From: Pedosphaera sp.
GTDB taxonomy: Bacteria > Verrucomicrobiota > Verrucomicrobiia > Limisphaerales > DSYF01
Assembly (NCBI GenBank): GCA_017853715.1
Contig: JAFMIZ010000001.1
Location: 14,679-78,678, forward strand
Length of the DNA: 64,000 nucleotides
Direction of reading: 5' to 3'
A program made the translations under genes and the position numbers. The notes below the pieces were generated by a model. It saw only the letters and a program-made list of their open reading frames with translations, ran no database searches and had not been told where the DNA came from. The number at the start of each line of letters is the position of its first letter. Position 1 is the stretch's first letter. Positions 41,571-54,818 of the stretch are shown piece by piece.

Positions 41571-42653
41571 TCAGCGCCCAATCCATCCGCCACCGACCAC
41601 CAAGTCATCCTGATAGAACACACACGCCTGCCCCGGAGTGATGGCGCGTTGCGGTTCATGCAGCTTGACGGTGGCAGAGCCGTTGGGGCCGGGAGTCACG
41701 GTGGCCATCGTGCCGTGATGGTTATAACGAATTTTCGCCATCGCCTCAAAACTGGCAGGCGGCTCCTCGAACGGAATCCAGTTACAACGCTCGACCCCAA
41801 ACTCATCCCGGTCCAATGCCGAATCGTCCCCCACAATCACCCGGTTATTGGCGGCATCCAACTCGATAACATAAAGCGGCTTGGGCGAAGTGAGGCCCAA
41901 CCCCTTGCGCTGACCGATGGTGTAGAACTCGATCCCGTCGTGCTTGCCCAGCACCCGACCATGCAGGTCAACAATGTCGCCCTGGTGTTTCTGGACCAAA
42001 TTTGCCTGCTGCAGAAACCGTCCGTAGTCCTTGTCCGGCACGAAACAGATCTCCATGCTCTCGTCCTTGTCGGCGGTTTTCAGTCCGCAGTGGCGCGCGG
42101 TCTCGCGGGTATCGCTCTTGGTCAGTTCACCCAGCGGGAACAACGTCTTTGCGAGTTGCTCCTGCTTGAGTGAAAAAAGAAAATAACTTTGGTCCTTCCG
42201 CTGATCGCGACCACGCTTGAGCAGGTAGCGACCGTCCTCGCGTCGCTCGACCCGGGCAAAATGGCCGGTGGCAATCTTCTCCGCGCCGAGCTGTTTCGCA
42301 CGATTGATGAGGGTGCCGAACTTCAGCCGCTCGTTGCACATCACGCAAGGGTTCGGCGTGCGGCCGGCTTTGTATTCCTCGGCGAAGTAATTGATGACCT
42401 GCTTCTGGAAATCTTCCGCCTCGTCCACGAGGTAATAAGGAATGTTCAGCTTGTGGGAGACGGAACGGGCATCGGACACCGCCTGGGGCCCGCAACACTT
42501 ATCCTCCGCCCGAGACACACAATCCTGCGGCCAGAGCTTGAGCGTGATGCCGATGACCTCATAACCCTGCTCCTGCAAAAGCGCCGCCGAAGCGGAGGAA
42601 TCCACTCCACCGCTCATGCCAACCACCACCCGCTCTTTTTTCGGCTCAATCAC
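41571..42653 (-). CDS. mnmA: tRNA 2-thiouridine(34) synthase MnmA
   Basis: PP-loop VVVGMSGGVDSS and the CNERLKF block. I prefer the GTG at 42653 (VIEPKKERVVVGMSGG) because the gltD terminator hairpin lies inside the longer ORF-track version (start 42737). Confidence 0.88.
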   Translation of the reverse strand: MIEPKKERVVVGMSGGVDSSASAALLQEQGYEVIGITLKLWPQDCVSRAEDKCCGPQAVSDARSVSHKLNIPYYLVDEAEDFQKQVINYFAEEYKAGRTPNPCVMCNERLKFGTLINRAKQLGAEKIATGHFARVERREDGRYLLKRGRDQRKDQSYFLFSLKQEQLAKTLFPLGELTKSDTRETARHCGLKTADKDESMEICFVPDKDYGRFLQQANLVQKHQGDIVDLHGRVLGKHDGIEFYTIGQRKGLGLTSPKPLYVIELDAANNRVIVGDDSALDRDEFGVERCNWIPFEEPPASFEAMAKIRYNHHGTMATVTPGPNGSATVKLHEPQRAITPGQACVFYQDDLVVGGGWIGR

Positions 42654-42683
42654 AGGTCCAAATACTACTTCAAAAATCCCACG

Positions 42684-42720
42684 CCACCAAAAGCAAAGCG
42701 CGGGCGTCGCCGCCCGCGCT
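42684..42720 (-). terminator. Intrinsic terminator after gltD
   Basis: Perfect 10-bp stem AGCGCGGGCG / CGCCCGCGCT with a GCGA loop (42697-42720). The minus-strand RNA then reads TTGCTTTTGG. Confidence 0.7.
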
Positions 42721-42738
42721 CCCAGAATTACAATCACA

Positions 42739-44223
<1,485 letters not shown>

Positions 44224-44264
44224 GACTCAATTTCTTTCGGGGTCCAAATCTCTAATTGTTAAGC

Positions 44265-47200
44265 CTAGCTGCCGCCCACGCGTTTCTTGTCGGTGGAGTT
44301 TTCCTCGAAGGCGCGCGCCAGTGCATCGTCGCCGGTCAATCCATCGGCCTTCGCCTTCTTGATGGCCGTGATCACGCGCTTGTAGTCCGCCGGCATCACC
44401 TTGATGAACTTGGGCAGGAACTTATCCCACGACTTCAAGATGGTTGCCGCGCGGGTGCTCTTGGTATTGATGGCGTGGTTTTCGACCATCGCCTTGAGCG
44501 TCGCCACGTCTTCGTCGTCGAGCTTTTCCAAGCCGACCATTTCCTTGTTGCACTTGGTCGGGAAGTCGCCCTTCTCGTCGAGGATGTAAGCCACACCACC
44601 GGACATACCGGCGGCGAAATTTCGGCCAGTGGGTCCCAGCACCACGACGATACCACCCGTCATGTATTCGCAACCGTGGTCGCCGATGGCTTCCACGACA
44701 GCTTTCACTCCGGAGTTGCGGACGCCAAAGCGTTCGCCGGCCATGCCGCGGATGAACACTTCACCGTTGGTTGCGCCGTACAACGAAACGTTGCCCACGA
44801 TCATGTTCTCTTCCGGCACGAACGTTGCGCCCTCGGCAGGATAGAGGATGAGCTTGCCACCGCTCAGACCCTTGCCGAAATAATCGTTCGCATCGCCCTC
44901 GAGTTTGAAGGTCATTCCCTTGGGCATGAACGCACCGAAGCTCTGACCTGCGCTGCCCTTGAAGGTGATTTCAATCGTGTCCTCGGGCAGGCCTTCGGGT
45001 CCGTGCCTCTTGGTGACTTCGCTGCCCGTGATGGTGCCGACGACGCGGTTCACGTTACGCACGGGCAATGTGGCGCGAACCTTTTCCTTACGCTCAATCG
45101 CCGGCTGGCAGATCTCCAGAAGCTGCGTCATGTCGAGCGACTTCTCGATGCCATGATCCTGCGGCATCTGGCAGTAGAGACCGACCTCCGGACCCGCCTC
45201 GGGCCGGTAGAGAATGTTGCTGAAGTCCAACCCCTTGGCCTTCCAATGCTCAATCGCCTTGCGCGGCTCGAGCTTGTCCACGCGTCCGACCATCTCGGGG
45301 ATCGAGCGGAAGCCAAGCTGGGCCATCAACTCACGAACTTCCTGCGCGATGAACTTCATGAAGTTGACCGTGTGCGCCGGATCGCCCGTGAACTTCTTGC
45401 GGAGTTCCGGGTCCTGCGTCGCCACGCCCACCGGGCAGGTGTTCAGGTGACAAACGCGCATCATGATGCAACCCAACGTCACCAGCGGCGCGGTGGCAAA
45501 GCCGAATTCCTCGGCGCCCAGCAGCGCGGCAATGACCACGTCGCGTCCAGTCTTCAACTGACCGTCCGTCTCCACGGCGATGCGCGAGCGAAGATTGTTC
45601 AATACGAGCGTCTGGTGCGTTTCCGCCAAACCCAGTTCCCAAGGCAAACCGGCATGCTTGATGGAGGTCTGCGGCGAAGCGCCAGTGCCGCCATCGAAGC
45701 CCGAGATCAACACGACGTCGGCGTGCGCCTTGGAAACGCCTGCAGCGATCGTGCCCACGCCCACCTCGGCAACCAGCTTGACACTGATGCGCGCATCGCG
45801 GTTGGCATTCTTCAAGTCGTGAATCAACTCTGCCAAGTCCTCGATCGAGTAAATGTCATGGTGCGGCGGCGGGGAAATGAGTCCCACGCCGGGCGTTGAG
45901 TGACGCACTTTGGCGACCCAAGGATACACCTTTTTCCCGGGCAATTGACCGCCTTCGCCAGGCTTTGCGCCTTGCGCCATCTTGATCTGGAGTTCCTTGG
46001 CATTGACCAGATAATGGCTGGTGACGCCAAAGCGACCGGAAGCCACCTGCTTGATGGCGGAGTTCTTCGAGTCGCCCTGCTCATTGGTCCAAGTGTAGCG
46101 TTCGGGATCTTCGCCACCTTCGCCGGTGTTCGACTTGCCGCCAACGCGGTTCATCGCAATGGCCAGCGCCTCGTGCGCCTCCTTAGAGATAGAGCCGTAG
46201 CTCATCGCGCCGGACTTGAAGCGCTTGAGGATGCTTTCAACCGACTCGACTTCTTCGACCGGAACCGACTTGGCGGGCTTGAAATCAAGCAAGCCACGCA
46301 GGGTGCAGAGATTCTTGCTCTGCTCATTGACCGCTGCAGAGTAGTCCTTGAACGCCGCGTAATCTGCACTGCGCACGGCCTTTTGGAGCTTGTGCACCGT
46401 GTCCGGATTGAACAGGTGATACTCGCCGTCGCGGCGCCATTGATAATTACCACCCACTTCGAGCGTCTCACCGTTGACCTGCCGGTCGGGGAAGGCGTGG
46501 CGATGGCGGACCTCCACTTCCTTGGTGATCTCATCCATGCCGATGCCTTCGATACGCGAGGGCGTCCAAGTGAAATACTTGTCGATCACGGAGCCATTGA
46601 TGCCGACCGCTTCGAAGATTTGTGCGCCACGATATGACTGAATCGTCGAGATACCCATCTTGGAAGCGACCTTGATCACCCCTTTCACAGCGGCCTTCAC
46701 GAAATGTTTGCACGCCGTCTTGTGATCCAAATCCTTCAACATGCCCTGACGGATCATGTCATCGAGCGTCTCAAACGCGAGATAAGGATTGATCGCACCG
46801 CAGCCGTAGCCGATGAGCAGAGCAAAGTGCTGTACCTCGCGAGGTTCGCCGGATTCCAGCACCAAGCCCACGCGCGTGCGCGAGCCTTCGCGGATCAAAT
46901 GATGGTGCAAACCGCTCACAGCCAACAGCGCCGGAATTGGTGCGTTCTTCGCATCAATCCCCCGATCGGAGAGCACAAGGATGTTGATACCCTCTTTGAT
47001 GGCTTTGCTGGCCGCTTTGAAAAGGTCGGCCATCGCCTTCTCAAGCCCCTTGGCTCCCTTGTCCACGTTGTAGAGGATGGGCAGCGTGATGGACTTGTAA
47101 CCGGGCTGGTCAACATGCTTGAGCTTCGCGAACTCCTCGTTCGTGAGGATGGGCGACTTCAACTCAATCAAGTGACAGCTCTCGGGCACCGGATTCAGCA

Positions 47201-48926
47201 GGTTCTTTTCCGTGCCGATGGTCGTGATGGCGCTGGTGACAATCTCCTCGCGGATACAGTCGATCGGCGGGTTGGTCACCTGTGCGAACAGCTGCTTGAA
47301 GTAGTTGTAGAGCGGTTGGGGTTTGTTGCTCAACACGGCCAGCGGAGTGTCGGTTCCCATGGAACCCACTGCTTCCACGCCGTCCCGGGCCATGGGCACC
47401 ATGAGCATGCGCAAATCTTCAAACGTGTAACCAAACGCCTGCTGGCGTTGCAGCACCGTTTCATGGTCAGGCTCAGGCAACTTGCCCGCGTCTGGCAACC
47501 TGGCCAGTTGGATCAGGTGCTGGTTCAGCCACTCACGATACGGATTGGCCTTGGCCATGGAGTCCTTGATCTCCTCGTCGGCCACGATGCGGCCCTGTTC
47601 CATATCAATATAGAACATGCGGCCCGGTTGGAGGCGCCCCTTGTGCGCGATGTTCTCAGGCTTCACGTCCAGAACACCAACTTCGGAAGCCATGATGACA
47701 TAATCATCCTTCGTCACGTAATAACGCGACGGGCGGAGACCGTTACGATCCAAGGAGGCACCAATGCTCACCCCGTCGGTGAACGCGATGCACGCCGGAC
47801 CGTCCCACGGTTCCATCAGGCAGGAATGATATTCGTAGAACGCCTTGCGGTCGTCGCTCATGGACTCGTGGTTCGACCACGGCTCGGGAATCATCATGGC
47901 CATGGCGTGCGGCAGGGAGCGCCCCCCGAGCACCAGCAATTCGAGCACATTGTCGAACACCGCCGAGTCACTGCCGTTTGGGTCAACGATGGGCAGGATC
48001 TTCTTCACGTCATCGCCGAACAGATCGGTCTCGAACAACGACTCACGCGCGTGCATCCAGTTGATGTTGCCGCGAAGCGTGTTGATCTCGCCGTTGTGCG
48101 CGATGTAGCGATACGGATGCGAACGCGCCCAGCTCGGGAAGGTGTTCGTGCTGAAACGGGAATGCACCAACGCCAGCGCAGTCGTCATCTTCGGATTGTT
48201 CAGATCCGGGAAGTATTGGCCGACCTGCTCGGTGAGCAACATGCCTTTGTAGACCAGCGTCCGGCTCGACATGCTGCACACGTACCAGTACTGCGCACCC
48301 GGCAGCGTGGAGCAGCGGATCTCATTGAAGGACCGCTTGCGGGCAACGTAGAGACGCCGCTCAAAAGTGAGCACCGCATCCATCCCCTCGCCTTTGCCGA
48401 CAAATGCCTGACGCACGAAAGGTTCAGCGGCCTTCGCCGTCTCCCCGAGTGAACTGTTATCGGTGGGCACTGTGCGCCAGCCGAGGAAATCCAGCCCCTC
48501 AGAGATGACCAGCTTCTCAAAAATCTTTTCTAGGTTGCGTCGCTCCTGGGTGTCCTGCGGCAGATAAACCATTGCCACGCCGTATTGCCCCAAGGCCGGC
48601 AGCTTGATTCCAGCCTCGGCGGCCACTTCGACCAGAAAGTCGTGCGGCGTCTGTATGAGGATGCCAGCGCCGTCGCCGGTGTTCACTTCACAACCACAGG
48701 CGCCACGATGATCGAGGTTGCGGAGAATCTGGAGCCCTTGCTGGACGAGGTCGTGAGATTTCTTGCCCTTGATGTGGGCGACGAAGCCTACGCCGCATGC
48801 GTCCTTCTCGAACTGCGGATCATACAAACCCTGCTTGGGCGGCAGGTCCAGTTGCGGACTGCCTGGCTGTGTTTGGTTCTGTCTGGTCATACTCGTAACT
48901 AAGATCTGGTTGTCCCTAATCCCCAA
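44265..48926 (-). CDS. gltB: Glutamate synthase large subunit
   Basis: 1553 aa. N-terminal amidotransferase nucleophile in the CGVGF context, FMN/3Fe-4S central domains, and the C-terminal GXGXG beta-helix domain. The start may be the later Met (MTRQNQ). Confidence 0.95.
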   Translation of the reverse strand: MGIRDNQILVTSMTRQNQTQPGSPQLDLPPKQGLYDPQFEKDACGVGFVAHIKGKKSHDLVQQGLQILRNLDHRGACGCEVNTGDGAGILIQTPHDFLVEVAAEAGIKLPALGQYGVAMVYLPQDTQERRNLEKIFEKLVISEGLDFLGWRTVPTDNSSLGETAKAAEPFVRQAFVGKGEGMDAVLTFERRLYVARKRSFNEIRCSTLPGAQYWYVCSMSSRTLVYKGMLLTEQVGQYFPDLNNPKMTTALALVHSRFSTNTFPSWARSHPYRYIAHNGEINTLRGNINWMHARESLFETDLFGDDVKKILPIVDPNGSDSAVFDNVLELLVLGGRSLPHAMAMMIPEPWSNHESMSDDRKAFYEYHSCLMEPWDGPACIAFTDGVSIGASLDRNGLRPSRYYVTKDDYVIMASEVGVLDVKPENIAHKGRLQPGRMFYIDMEQGRIVADEEIKDSMAKANPYREWLNQHLIQLARLPDAGKLPEPDHETVLQRQQAFGYTFEDLRMLMVPMARDGVEAVGSMGTDTPLAVLSNKPQPLYNYFKQLFAQVTNPPIDCIREEIVTSAITTIGTEKNLLNPVPESCHLIELKSPILTNEEFAKLKHVDQPGYKSITLPILYNVDKGAKGLEKAMADLFKAASKAIKEGINILVLSDRGIDAKNAPIPALLAVSGLHHHLIREGSRTRVGLVLESGEPREVQHFALLIGYGCGAINPYLAFETLDDMIRQGMLKDLDHKTACKHFVKAAVKGVIKVASKMGISTIQSYRGAQIFEAVGINGSVIDKYFTWTPSRIEGIGMDEITKEVEVRHRHAFPDRQVNGETLEVGGNYQWRRDGEYHLFNPDTVHKLQKAVRSADYAAFKDYSAAVNEQSKNLCTLRGLLDFKPAKSVPVEEVESVESILKRFKSGAMSYGSISKEAHEALAIAMNRVGGKSNTGEGGEDPERYTWTNEQGDSKNSAIKQVASGRFGVTSHYLVNAKELQIKMAQGAKPGEGGQLPGKKVYPWVAKVRHSTPGVGLISPPPHHDIYSIEDLAELIHDLKNANRDARISVKLVAEVGVGTIAAGVSKAHADVVLISGFDGGTGASPQTSIKHAGLPWELGLAETHQTLVLNNLRSRIAVETDGQLKTGRDVVIAALLGAEEFGFATAPLVTLGCIMMRVCHLNTCPVGVATQDPELRKKFTGDPAHTVNFMKFIAQEVRELMAQLGFRSIPEMVGRVDKLEPRKAIEHWKAKGLDFSNILYRPEAGPEVGLYCQMPQDHGIEKSLDMTQLLEICQPAIERKEKVRATLPVRNVNRVVGTITGSEVTKRHGPEGLPEDTIEITFKGSAGQSFGAFMPKGMTFKLEGDANDYFGKGLSGGKLILYPAEGATFVPEENMIVGNVSLYGATNGEVFIRGMAGERFGVRNSGVKAVVEAIGDHGCEYMTGGIVVVLGPTGRNFAAGMSGGVAYILDEKGDFPTKCNKEMVGLEKLDDEDVATLKAMVENHAINTKSTRAATILKSWDKFLPKFIKVMPADYKRVITAIKKAKADGLTGDDALARAFEENSTDKKRVGGS

Positions 48927-49226
48927 AAGCGGCGCACTACGCTTACAACCGCTCCGGCATGGCTGTCAGTGCCTGACTTACAACACCGAAACCGGCAGAC
49001 TTCACCCCATCTGTTGCACGAAAGGAATCGTTCACGGCACTTTGATTTAGTCTGCGCCACAATGGTCTGCTTGACCGTGGGTTAACCGGCCAAGCGCCAG
49101 AGCGGCGCATATCAAACATGTGACAAGCCGCGGTGTCATCAAAAAACTTGGCCCAGAGCGCGAGCAAGTTTCATGGCCAAAGTTAGGCAGCTTGCTGCAC
49201 TTTCGGCGATGGATTAGTTTCGCCCC

Positions 49227-49964
49227 ATGATTACCCGTCGTGAAGCCATCCGAACTACTGCCATCCTCACCGCAACCGCCATTGTGCTTCCGGTGGCGGT
49301 AGCGCAGCCGCAAGCCACCGCAGCCAAGCCGTCCGAACCATTCGAAGTGCCTCCCCTGCCCTACGCTTACGACGCTTTGGAGCCGCACATTGACGCGCGC
49401 ACCATGGAAATCCACCACGGCCGACACCACGCCGGCTACGTGACGAACCTGAACAAGGCCGTTGCCACCTTGGATTGGAGCGGCCCGATGACTTTGGAAA
49501 AGCTGTTCGACTCCGTGAGCAAGCTGCCCGAGGCTCAAGCGACGGCAATTCGCAACAACGGCGGCGGCCACTACAACCACTCCCTCTTCTGGCCAATGAT
49601 GAGCAAGACCGGCGGCGGCGAACCCGATGCCGAGCTGGCCAAGGCGATCGATGCCACCTTCGGCAGCTTTGCAACCTTCAAAGAGACGTTCAGCAAAGCC
49701 GCCGCCACCCGCTTCGGCAGTGGTTGGGCATGGCTGGTCCTCAATGCTGGAAAGCTGGAGGTGGTTTCAACCGCCAACCAAGATTCACCCCTCATGGGCA
49801 AAGCGATCGCCGGATGTGACGGAACGCCCCTGCTCGGTCTGGACGTCTGGGAACATGCCTACTATCTCAAATACCAGAATAAGCGGGCTGACTACATCGG
49901 TGCCTGGTGGAACGTGGTGAACTGGGACTTCGTCACCGAGCGCTACTTGAAAGCAAAAGGCTGA
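49227..49964 (+). CDS. Fe/Mn-family superoxide dismutase with a twin-arginine-like signal peptide
   Basis: N-terminus [26 protein letters not shown] followed by the mature SOD ([28 protein letters not shown]). Confidence 0.9.
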   Translation: MITRREAIRTTAILTATAIVLPVAVAQPQATAAKPSEPFEVPPLPYAYDALEPHIDARTMEIHHGRHHAGYVTNLNKAVATLDWSGPMTLEKLFDSVSKLPEAQATAIRNNGGGHYNHSLFWPMMSKTGGGEPDAELAKAIDATFGSFATFKETFSKAAATRFGSGWAWLVLNAGKLEVVSTANQDSPLMGKAIAGCDGTPLLGLDVWEHAYYLKYQNKRADYIGAWWNVVNWDFVTERYLKAKG

Positions 49965-50078
49965 CTCTAATTTCAATAGAGCCGGCTCGTGGGCTCGCGC
50001 CTCAAATTACCAAGACACCTGCCTTGCGGCTGCGCGGTTGCCCTTTGTCGGATTCTCCCGCAACATGGGGTAGCTATT

Positions 50079-50585
50079 ATGAGTTTGGACAAGAAAGGCA
50101 AAAGACGCGAAGCCCGGGAACGGGCGGTGCAGTTCCTTTTCCAGCACGAAATGAACACGCCGGAGAATCTCGACCAGACGCTGGAGGAATTCTGGATCAC
50201 CCAGCGCGCGAACACCCACGCTGAGAGACAGGAAAGCCCAACTTGGGGTGAAAAGCAGGAACTGCCCCCCCCCACGACCGACGAGGCTTCCGTCCAACTC
50301 TTCGCCGACCCGCTCATTCGCGGTGTGCTGGAACATCGCGATAAGATCGACGCAGAAATCCAGAAGCACGCCAAGAACTGGTCGCTGCATCGCATGGCCG
50401 CCGTGGACCGCAACGTCCTGCGCCTCGCCACCTTTGAAATGCTGTTCCGCGAGGACATCCCGCCCATCGTGAGCATCAACGAGGCCGTGGACATCGCGAA
50501 GAAGTTCTCCACGCACGACAGCGGCAAATTCGTCAACGGCATCCTCGATCAGGTCCGCAAGGAATTGATGCGCCCGCTCCGCTGA
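50079..50585 (+). CDS. nusB: Transcription antitermination factor NusB
   Basis: RREARERAVQFLFQ and INEAVDIAKKFSTHDSGKFVNGILD blocks. The ATG at 50079 is preferred over the ORF-track start at 49989. Contains an insert of about 25 aa relative to short NusB proteins. Confidence 0.85.
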   Translation: MSLDKKGKRREARERAVQFLFQHEMNTPENLDQTLEEFWITQRANTHAERQESPTWGEKQELPPPTTDEASVQLFADPLIRGVLEHRDKIDAEIQKHAKNWSLHRMAAVDRNVLRLATFEMLFREDIPPIVSINEAVDIAKKFSTHDSGKFVNGILDQVRKELMRPLR

Positions 50586-50586
50586 G

Positions 50587-51438
50587 ATGTTTGCCGACCT
50601 GCACCTGCACTCCCTTTTCTCCGACGGCACCTTCACGCCCGAGGAGATTGTCGCGCACGGCAAGCGACTGGGCTTTGGGGCCCTCGCCCTGACCGACCAC
50701 GACACCATCGAAGGCTGCGAGCATATGGCTGCCGCCTGCGCCGCCGAACGGATCGATTTCATTCCGGGCAGCGAACTGACCGCCGAGTTTGCCGACCATG
50801 AACTGCACATCCTCGGTTTCTACCTGAACACGCAGTATCCGCGCTTGCTCAGCGAGATGGCACGGTTTCAGGAAGTGCGTCAGCAACGCATTCGCGATAT
50901 GGTGGCCCGCATCAACGAACTCGGCGTGCCTTTGAGTGTGGATTCCGTCTTTGCCCTCGCCAACTGCCGTTCCCCGGGCCGACCACACATTGCTCGTGCG
51001 CTGGTGAAGGAAGATTTTTGCAGCAGTCTCGACGAAGCCTTTGAACGATTCCTCAAAAAGCACCGGCCTGCTTGGGTGCCCAAAGCCAAGATGTCAGCGC
51101 TCGAGGCGATCGAACTTATTCACGAGGCTGGCGGCTTGGCCGTGATGGCGCATCCGGGCTTGAACAAGTGCGACGAGGTGATCCCTGAATTGGTGAAGTC
51201 TGGTCTGGACGGCATCGAGTGTTACCACACCAAACACAGCAGCACCACCGCCGCGCACTATCTTAACATCGCCAAGCAATACGGCCTGCTCGTCACGGGC
51301 GGTTCGGATTGCCATGGACTCAGCAAAGGCAAGCCCCTCATCGGCGGCATCAAGCTCCCCATCCATTACGTCCACAAAATGCAGAAGGCGCGGGAGAAGC
51401 GTCTAGCCTCAGGCGATTCAACCAGTCGTAAATCGTAA
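50587..51438 (+). CDS. PHP-domain phosphoesterase (TrpH/YciV-like)
   Basis: MFADLHLHSLFSDGT and LALTDHDT PHP metal-site motifs. 283 aa. Confidence 0.85.
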   Translation: MFADLHLHSLFSDGTFTPEEIVAHGKRLGFGALALTDHDTIEGCEHMAAACAAERIDFIPGSELTAEFADHELHILGFYLNTQYPRLLSEMARFQEVRQQRIRDMVARINELGVPLSVDSVFALANCRSPGRPHIARALVKEDFCSSLDEAFERFLKKHRPAWVPKAKMSALEAIELIHEAGGLAVMAHPGLNKCDEVIPELVKSGLDGIECYHTKHSSTTAAHYLNIAKQYGLLVTGGSDCHGLSKGKPLIGGIKLPIHYVHKMQKAREKRLASGDSTSRKS

Positions 51439-51455
51439 ATCGGACATCGCAAATC
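51426..51455. repeat. Degenerate AAATCGN heptamer array (4 units), copy A
   Basis: TCGT AAATCGT AAATCGG ACATCGC AAATCTT. Spans the PHP gene stop and the spacer before ftsY. It matches about 25 of 28 positions of the array inside gluQ (55244-55283), including the same ACATCGC variant unit. Confidence 0.75.
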
Positions 51456-51460
51456 TTCAC

Positions 51461-52372
51461 ATGGGACTGTTCGACAAATTCAAAGCCGCGCTGACCAAGA
51501 CGCACGACAAGCTCACGCACGAGATCAAGCGCATCGTCACCCGCTCGCCCAAGCTCGATGCTGCCACGTTGGAAGAGATCGAAATCGCCCTCATTGGTGC
51601 CGACCTCGGCCTCGAAATGACCCGGCAAATCGTCACGGCGGTCAAGAAAGCCTACGAATCGCAAGGCAGCAGCGGACTTGATGTGCTGGCGATAGCAAAA
51701 CGCGAAGTGGAACAAAACCTCGCCGTCAAGGAACCGGGGCTGCGTCAAGCCGCCTCCAAACCGACCATCGTTTCGATTGTCGGCGTCAACGGCACCGGCA
51801 AAACCACCACGTCTGCCAAGCTGGCCAATCTCATTCAGACGCAAGGCAAGACCGCCCTGCTAGCCGCTTGCGACACCTTTCGCGCCGCGGCCATTGAGCA
51901 ACTGAAACTCTGGGGCACGCGCTTGAACGTGGAAGTCATCGCCGGCGCCTACCACGCCGACCCTGCCGCCGTCGCTCACGACGCCGTCAAAGCGGGCCAA
52001 TCACGTCAGGTGGATTACGTGTTCATCGACACGGCCGGCCGGCTCCACACCAAGCACAATCTGATGCAGGAATTGCAGAAGGTGCATCGCGTCATCGGCA
52101 AGCAACTCGACGGCGCGCCGCACGAAGTGTTGTTGGTGCTGGATGCGACGACCGGGATGAATGCGCTGACTCAAGCCCGCGAATTCAACAAAGCCGTCCC
52201 ACTTTCTGGTCTGATCGTGACCAAGCTCGACGGCACCAGCAAAGGCGGCATGGTGGTGGCCATTCAGAAGGAACTCGGCATCCCGATCAAATTCGTCGGC
52301 CTCGGCGAAAAAGCGGATGACTTGCAGCCCTTTGACCCGAAGCAGTTCGCAGAAGCGTTGTTCGAAGAATGA
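51461..52372 (+). CDS. ftsY: Signal recognition particle receptor FtsY (short form, NG domain only)
   Basis: GVNGTGKTTT, DTAGRLH and TKLDGT(S)KGG GTPase motifs. 303 aa. Confidence 0.93.
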   Translation: MGLFDKFKAALTKTHDKLTHEIKRIVTRSPKLDAATLEEIEIALIGADLGLEMTRQIVTAVKKAYESQGSSGLDVLAIAKREVEQNLAVKEPGLRQAASKPTIVSIVGVNGTGKTTTSAKLANLIQTQGKTALLAACDTFRAAAIEQLKLWGTRLNVEVIAGAYHADPAAVAHDAVKAGQSRQVDYVFIDTAGRLHTKHNLMQELQKVHRVIGKQLDGAPHEVLLVLDATTGMNALTQAREFNKAVPLSGLIVTKLDGTSKGGMVVAIQKELGIPIKFVGLGEKADDLQPFDPKQFAEALFEE

Positions 52373-53286
52373 ATCAACGAAGATTCATTCTCAACTTCCT
52401 CATTCCTATTGCAGCGCTGCTGGCGATCGGCTGTGCCTCATGCGTCGGTTCAACCAACAGTTTTTCGGCCTACGAGCGCCCGGTGATGACTTGGGTGCCG
52501 CGCTACGCTGCCAACAATTCCCAGCAACGATTATCGGAGACTTACTCCGGAATCGGGATGAAGGACGCGCTCACCCATGTGGGACTGCAATTCTGGACAC
52601 CGACGAACAAAGGCGGCCTCATCCGGACCGGTAAGGGCGCAACTACCAGCGACGCTGTAATCAAATCCTTTCGTGATTGGTGCCGAACCAACAGCGTCCG
52701 TGTTTTGCTCTGCGTTTACCAAATCGGCGACTGCGAGCTGGCGCTCTCTGCCTTCAAGGATAATTGCGGCACCTTCATCGAATCACTTCTAACCGAGGTC
52801 AACCGACATGACTTGGACGGCGTGGACATATACTTCGAAGGCCGCGGACGACTCAACGAGGACAAAGAAGGCTTTCGGCCATTTCATCCGCCAGCGGGCG
52901 ACAAGATTACACAAAGACAACCGGCACCTCACCGTGGATTCCTATGCCTACGTTTGGAACGCCCCCAATCAAACTTGGTGGCCCAATCTCTTCCCGCACG
53001 TGGACGGCTTGACCACGATGGGCTATGAGCAGACCGGTTTCCGAGACACAATTGGCGGGCTACGCATCCCAAAAGAAGGCCGCCGGAGAGTTCGCCAGCA
53101 AACTCATGATCGGATTACCCTTGCATAAGGGCGAGTGGCGAGGCACTAGTCTGGACGAGCATTTGAAGTGGTCGTATCGGATGGAGAAGTAGCGTGGCTT
53201 TCTGGGACGCTCAGCTGAAATCCGCGAATTGGCGCAAACCAGATGTCTGGAAATCGCTGCAAACAGTTAAATCAACGCCTGAGTAG
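52369..53286 (+). pseudogene. Decayed GH18-like (chitinase-fold) lipoprotein gene
   Basis: Lipobox LLAIGC. The GH18 catalytic block is degraded to LDGVDIYFEG (expected DGxDxDxE). Homologous segments continue in other frames: AFGHFIRQ...LTVDSYAYVWNAPNQTWW...MGYEQTG; KLMIGLPLHKGEWRGTSLDEHLKW; VAFWDAQLKSANW. That implies at least 3 frame changes. Confidence 0.7.
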
Positions 53287-53380
53287 GTTTGACACCCGCA
53301 TTGGCGCTCAAAAACGCTACCAAACTGCTAGGGACCAATCTTCGTTTGCCAGCTGTTTGCACCTCTCCCATCTTGTCCCG

Positions 53381-54799
53381 ATGAAAATGCCAAGCAAGCG
53401 CTTCGACTTTGATGTTGCGGTCATTGGGGCAGGCAGCGGCGGATTCGCAGCCGCTCGCACCGCGGCTGCTGCCGGACTCAAGACTGTGGTCATCGAGGGC
53501 GGACGTGAGGTTGGCGGGCTATGCATACTCCGGGGCTGCATGCCATCCAAAGCGCTCCTATACGCCGCCGAAATGCGACATCTCGCCCGCATGGGTAAAA
53601 CCTGGGGCCTGCGGATTCCAAAGGCAGATTTCAATTTCAAGCAGGTGATGGCCCGCAAAGATCACATGATCGAGGACTTTGCCAGCTATCGCCGCAAGCA
53701 ACTGGCGAATGCTAAATTCCAATTCATCCGCGCCAATGCCTGGTTTGAAGATAAATACACACTTAAGCTTTTCCCCCTAAAGGGAGCATCCAAATCCACG
53801 CCGGCCTCAATTAGAGCGAGCCACTTCGTCATCGCCACCGGCTCCGTCGTCTCCACGCCGCCCCTGCCTCAATTGGCAAACGCTGGCTACATGACCAGCG
53901 ACCACGCGCTTACTCGAAAGAATCTTCCCAAGTCACTCATCGTCCTGGGAGGAGGAGCCATCGCGTGCGAACTCGCCCAGTTCTTTGCGCGATTCGATGT
54001 AAAAGTCACGATGATCCAACGCAGCCCGCACATCTTGAAGGAATTCGATGGAGACGCTGCCGAGGTGGTTGAAAAAGTTCTCCGTCGCGAGGGCATCCAA
54101 CTCTACACCGGCACGCAACTTCTCGACGCCTCTCAGACACCCAAAGGCAAGTCCGTCACCTTTGACCACAGCGGCAAGAAAGTGGGCGTGCAAGCGGAGG
54201 AGATTCTTTTCTGCCTCGGACGCCAGCCCAACACCGCCCGCCTCGGCTTGGGAGACATCGGCGTCAAAATGGACGGCCCACGCATCATCGCCAACGACCA
54301 GATGCAAACGAGCGTGCCGCACATTTATGCCGCGGGGGATTGCACCGGACCGCATGAGATTGTCCACATCGCCATCCAGCAGGGAGAGATCGCCGCCAAG
54401 AACATCGCCAAACCCAAAGAACGTCTAAAAACCGACTACCGTCTGCTCACCAGCGTCGTGTTCACCGACCCGCAGGTAGCCTATGTAGGACTGACCGAGA
54501 AGGAAGCCAAGGCCCGCAAGATCCCTTACCTCGCCGCCAGCTACCCATTCAACGACCACGGCAAATCCCTCATCATGGAAGCACTTGATGGCTTCGTGAA
54601 ACTATTGGCGAACCCCAAGAACGGCAAAATCATCGGCGGCAGCTGCGTGGGCCCATTGGCCGGCGAACTCATTCACGAAATCACCGCCGCCATGGCCAAG
54701 CGCATGACTGTGCACGAACTCGCCGTCCTGCCGCACTACCACCCCACCCTCGCCGAGATTTGGACCTACCCTGCCGAGGAATTGGCGGACCAAATCTAA
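53381..54799 (+). CDS. Pyridine nucleotide-disulfide oxidoreductase of the dihydrolipoyl dehydrogenase / mercuric reductase-like family
   Basis: FAD motif VAVIGAGSGG, redox-active CILRGCMPSK, NAD motif VLGGGAIACE, and the dimerisation block HYHPTLAE. The ATG at 53381 is preferred over the ORF-track start at 53243. Confidence 0.85.
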   Translation: MKMPSKRFDFDVAVIGAGSGGFAAARTAAAAGLKTVVIEGGREVGGLCILRGCMPSKALLYAAEMRHLARMGKTWGLRIPKADFNFKQVMARKDHMIEDFASYRRKQLANAKFQFIRANAWFEDKYTLKLFPLKGASKSTPASIRASHFVIATGSVVSTPPLPQLANAGYMTSDHALTRKNLPKSLIVLGGGAIACELAQFFARFDVKVTMIQRSPHILKEFDGDAAEVVEKVLRREGIQLYTGTQLLDASQTPKGKSVTFDHSGKKVGVQAEEILFCLGRQPNTARLGLGDIGVKMDGPRIIANDQMQTSVPHIYAAGDCTGPHEIVHIAIQQGEIAAKNIAKPKERLKTDYRLLTSVVFTDPQVAYVGLTEKEAKARKIPYLAASYPFNDHGKSLIMEALDGFVKLLANPKNGKIIGGSCVGPLAGELIHEITAAMAKRMTVHELAVLPHYHPTLAEIWTYPAEELADQI

Positions 54800-54818
54800 C
54801 CAGCAGACGCGCCACCCC

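Noticed and set aside
42654-42737. First 28 codons of the ORF-track version of mnmA.
   Set aside because: This stretch contains the gltD intrinsic terminator hairpin (42697-42720). The conserved MnmA N-terminus starts just after the GTG at 42653.
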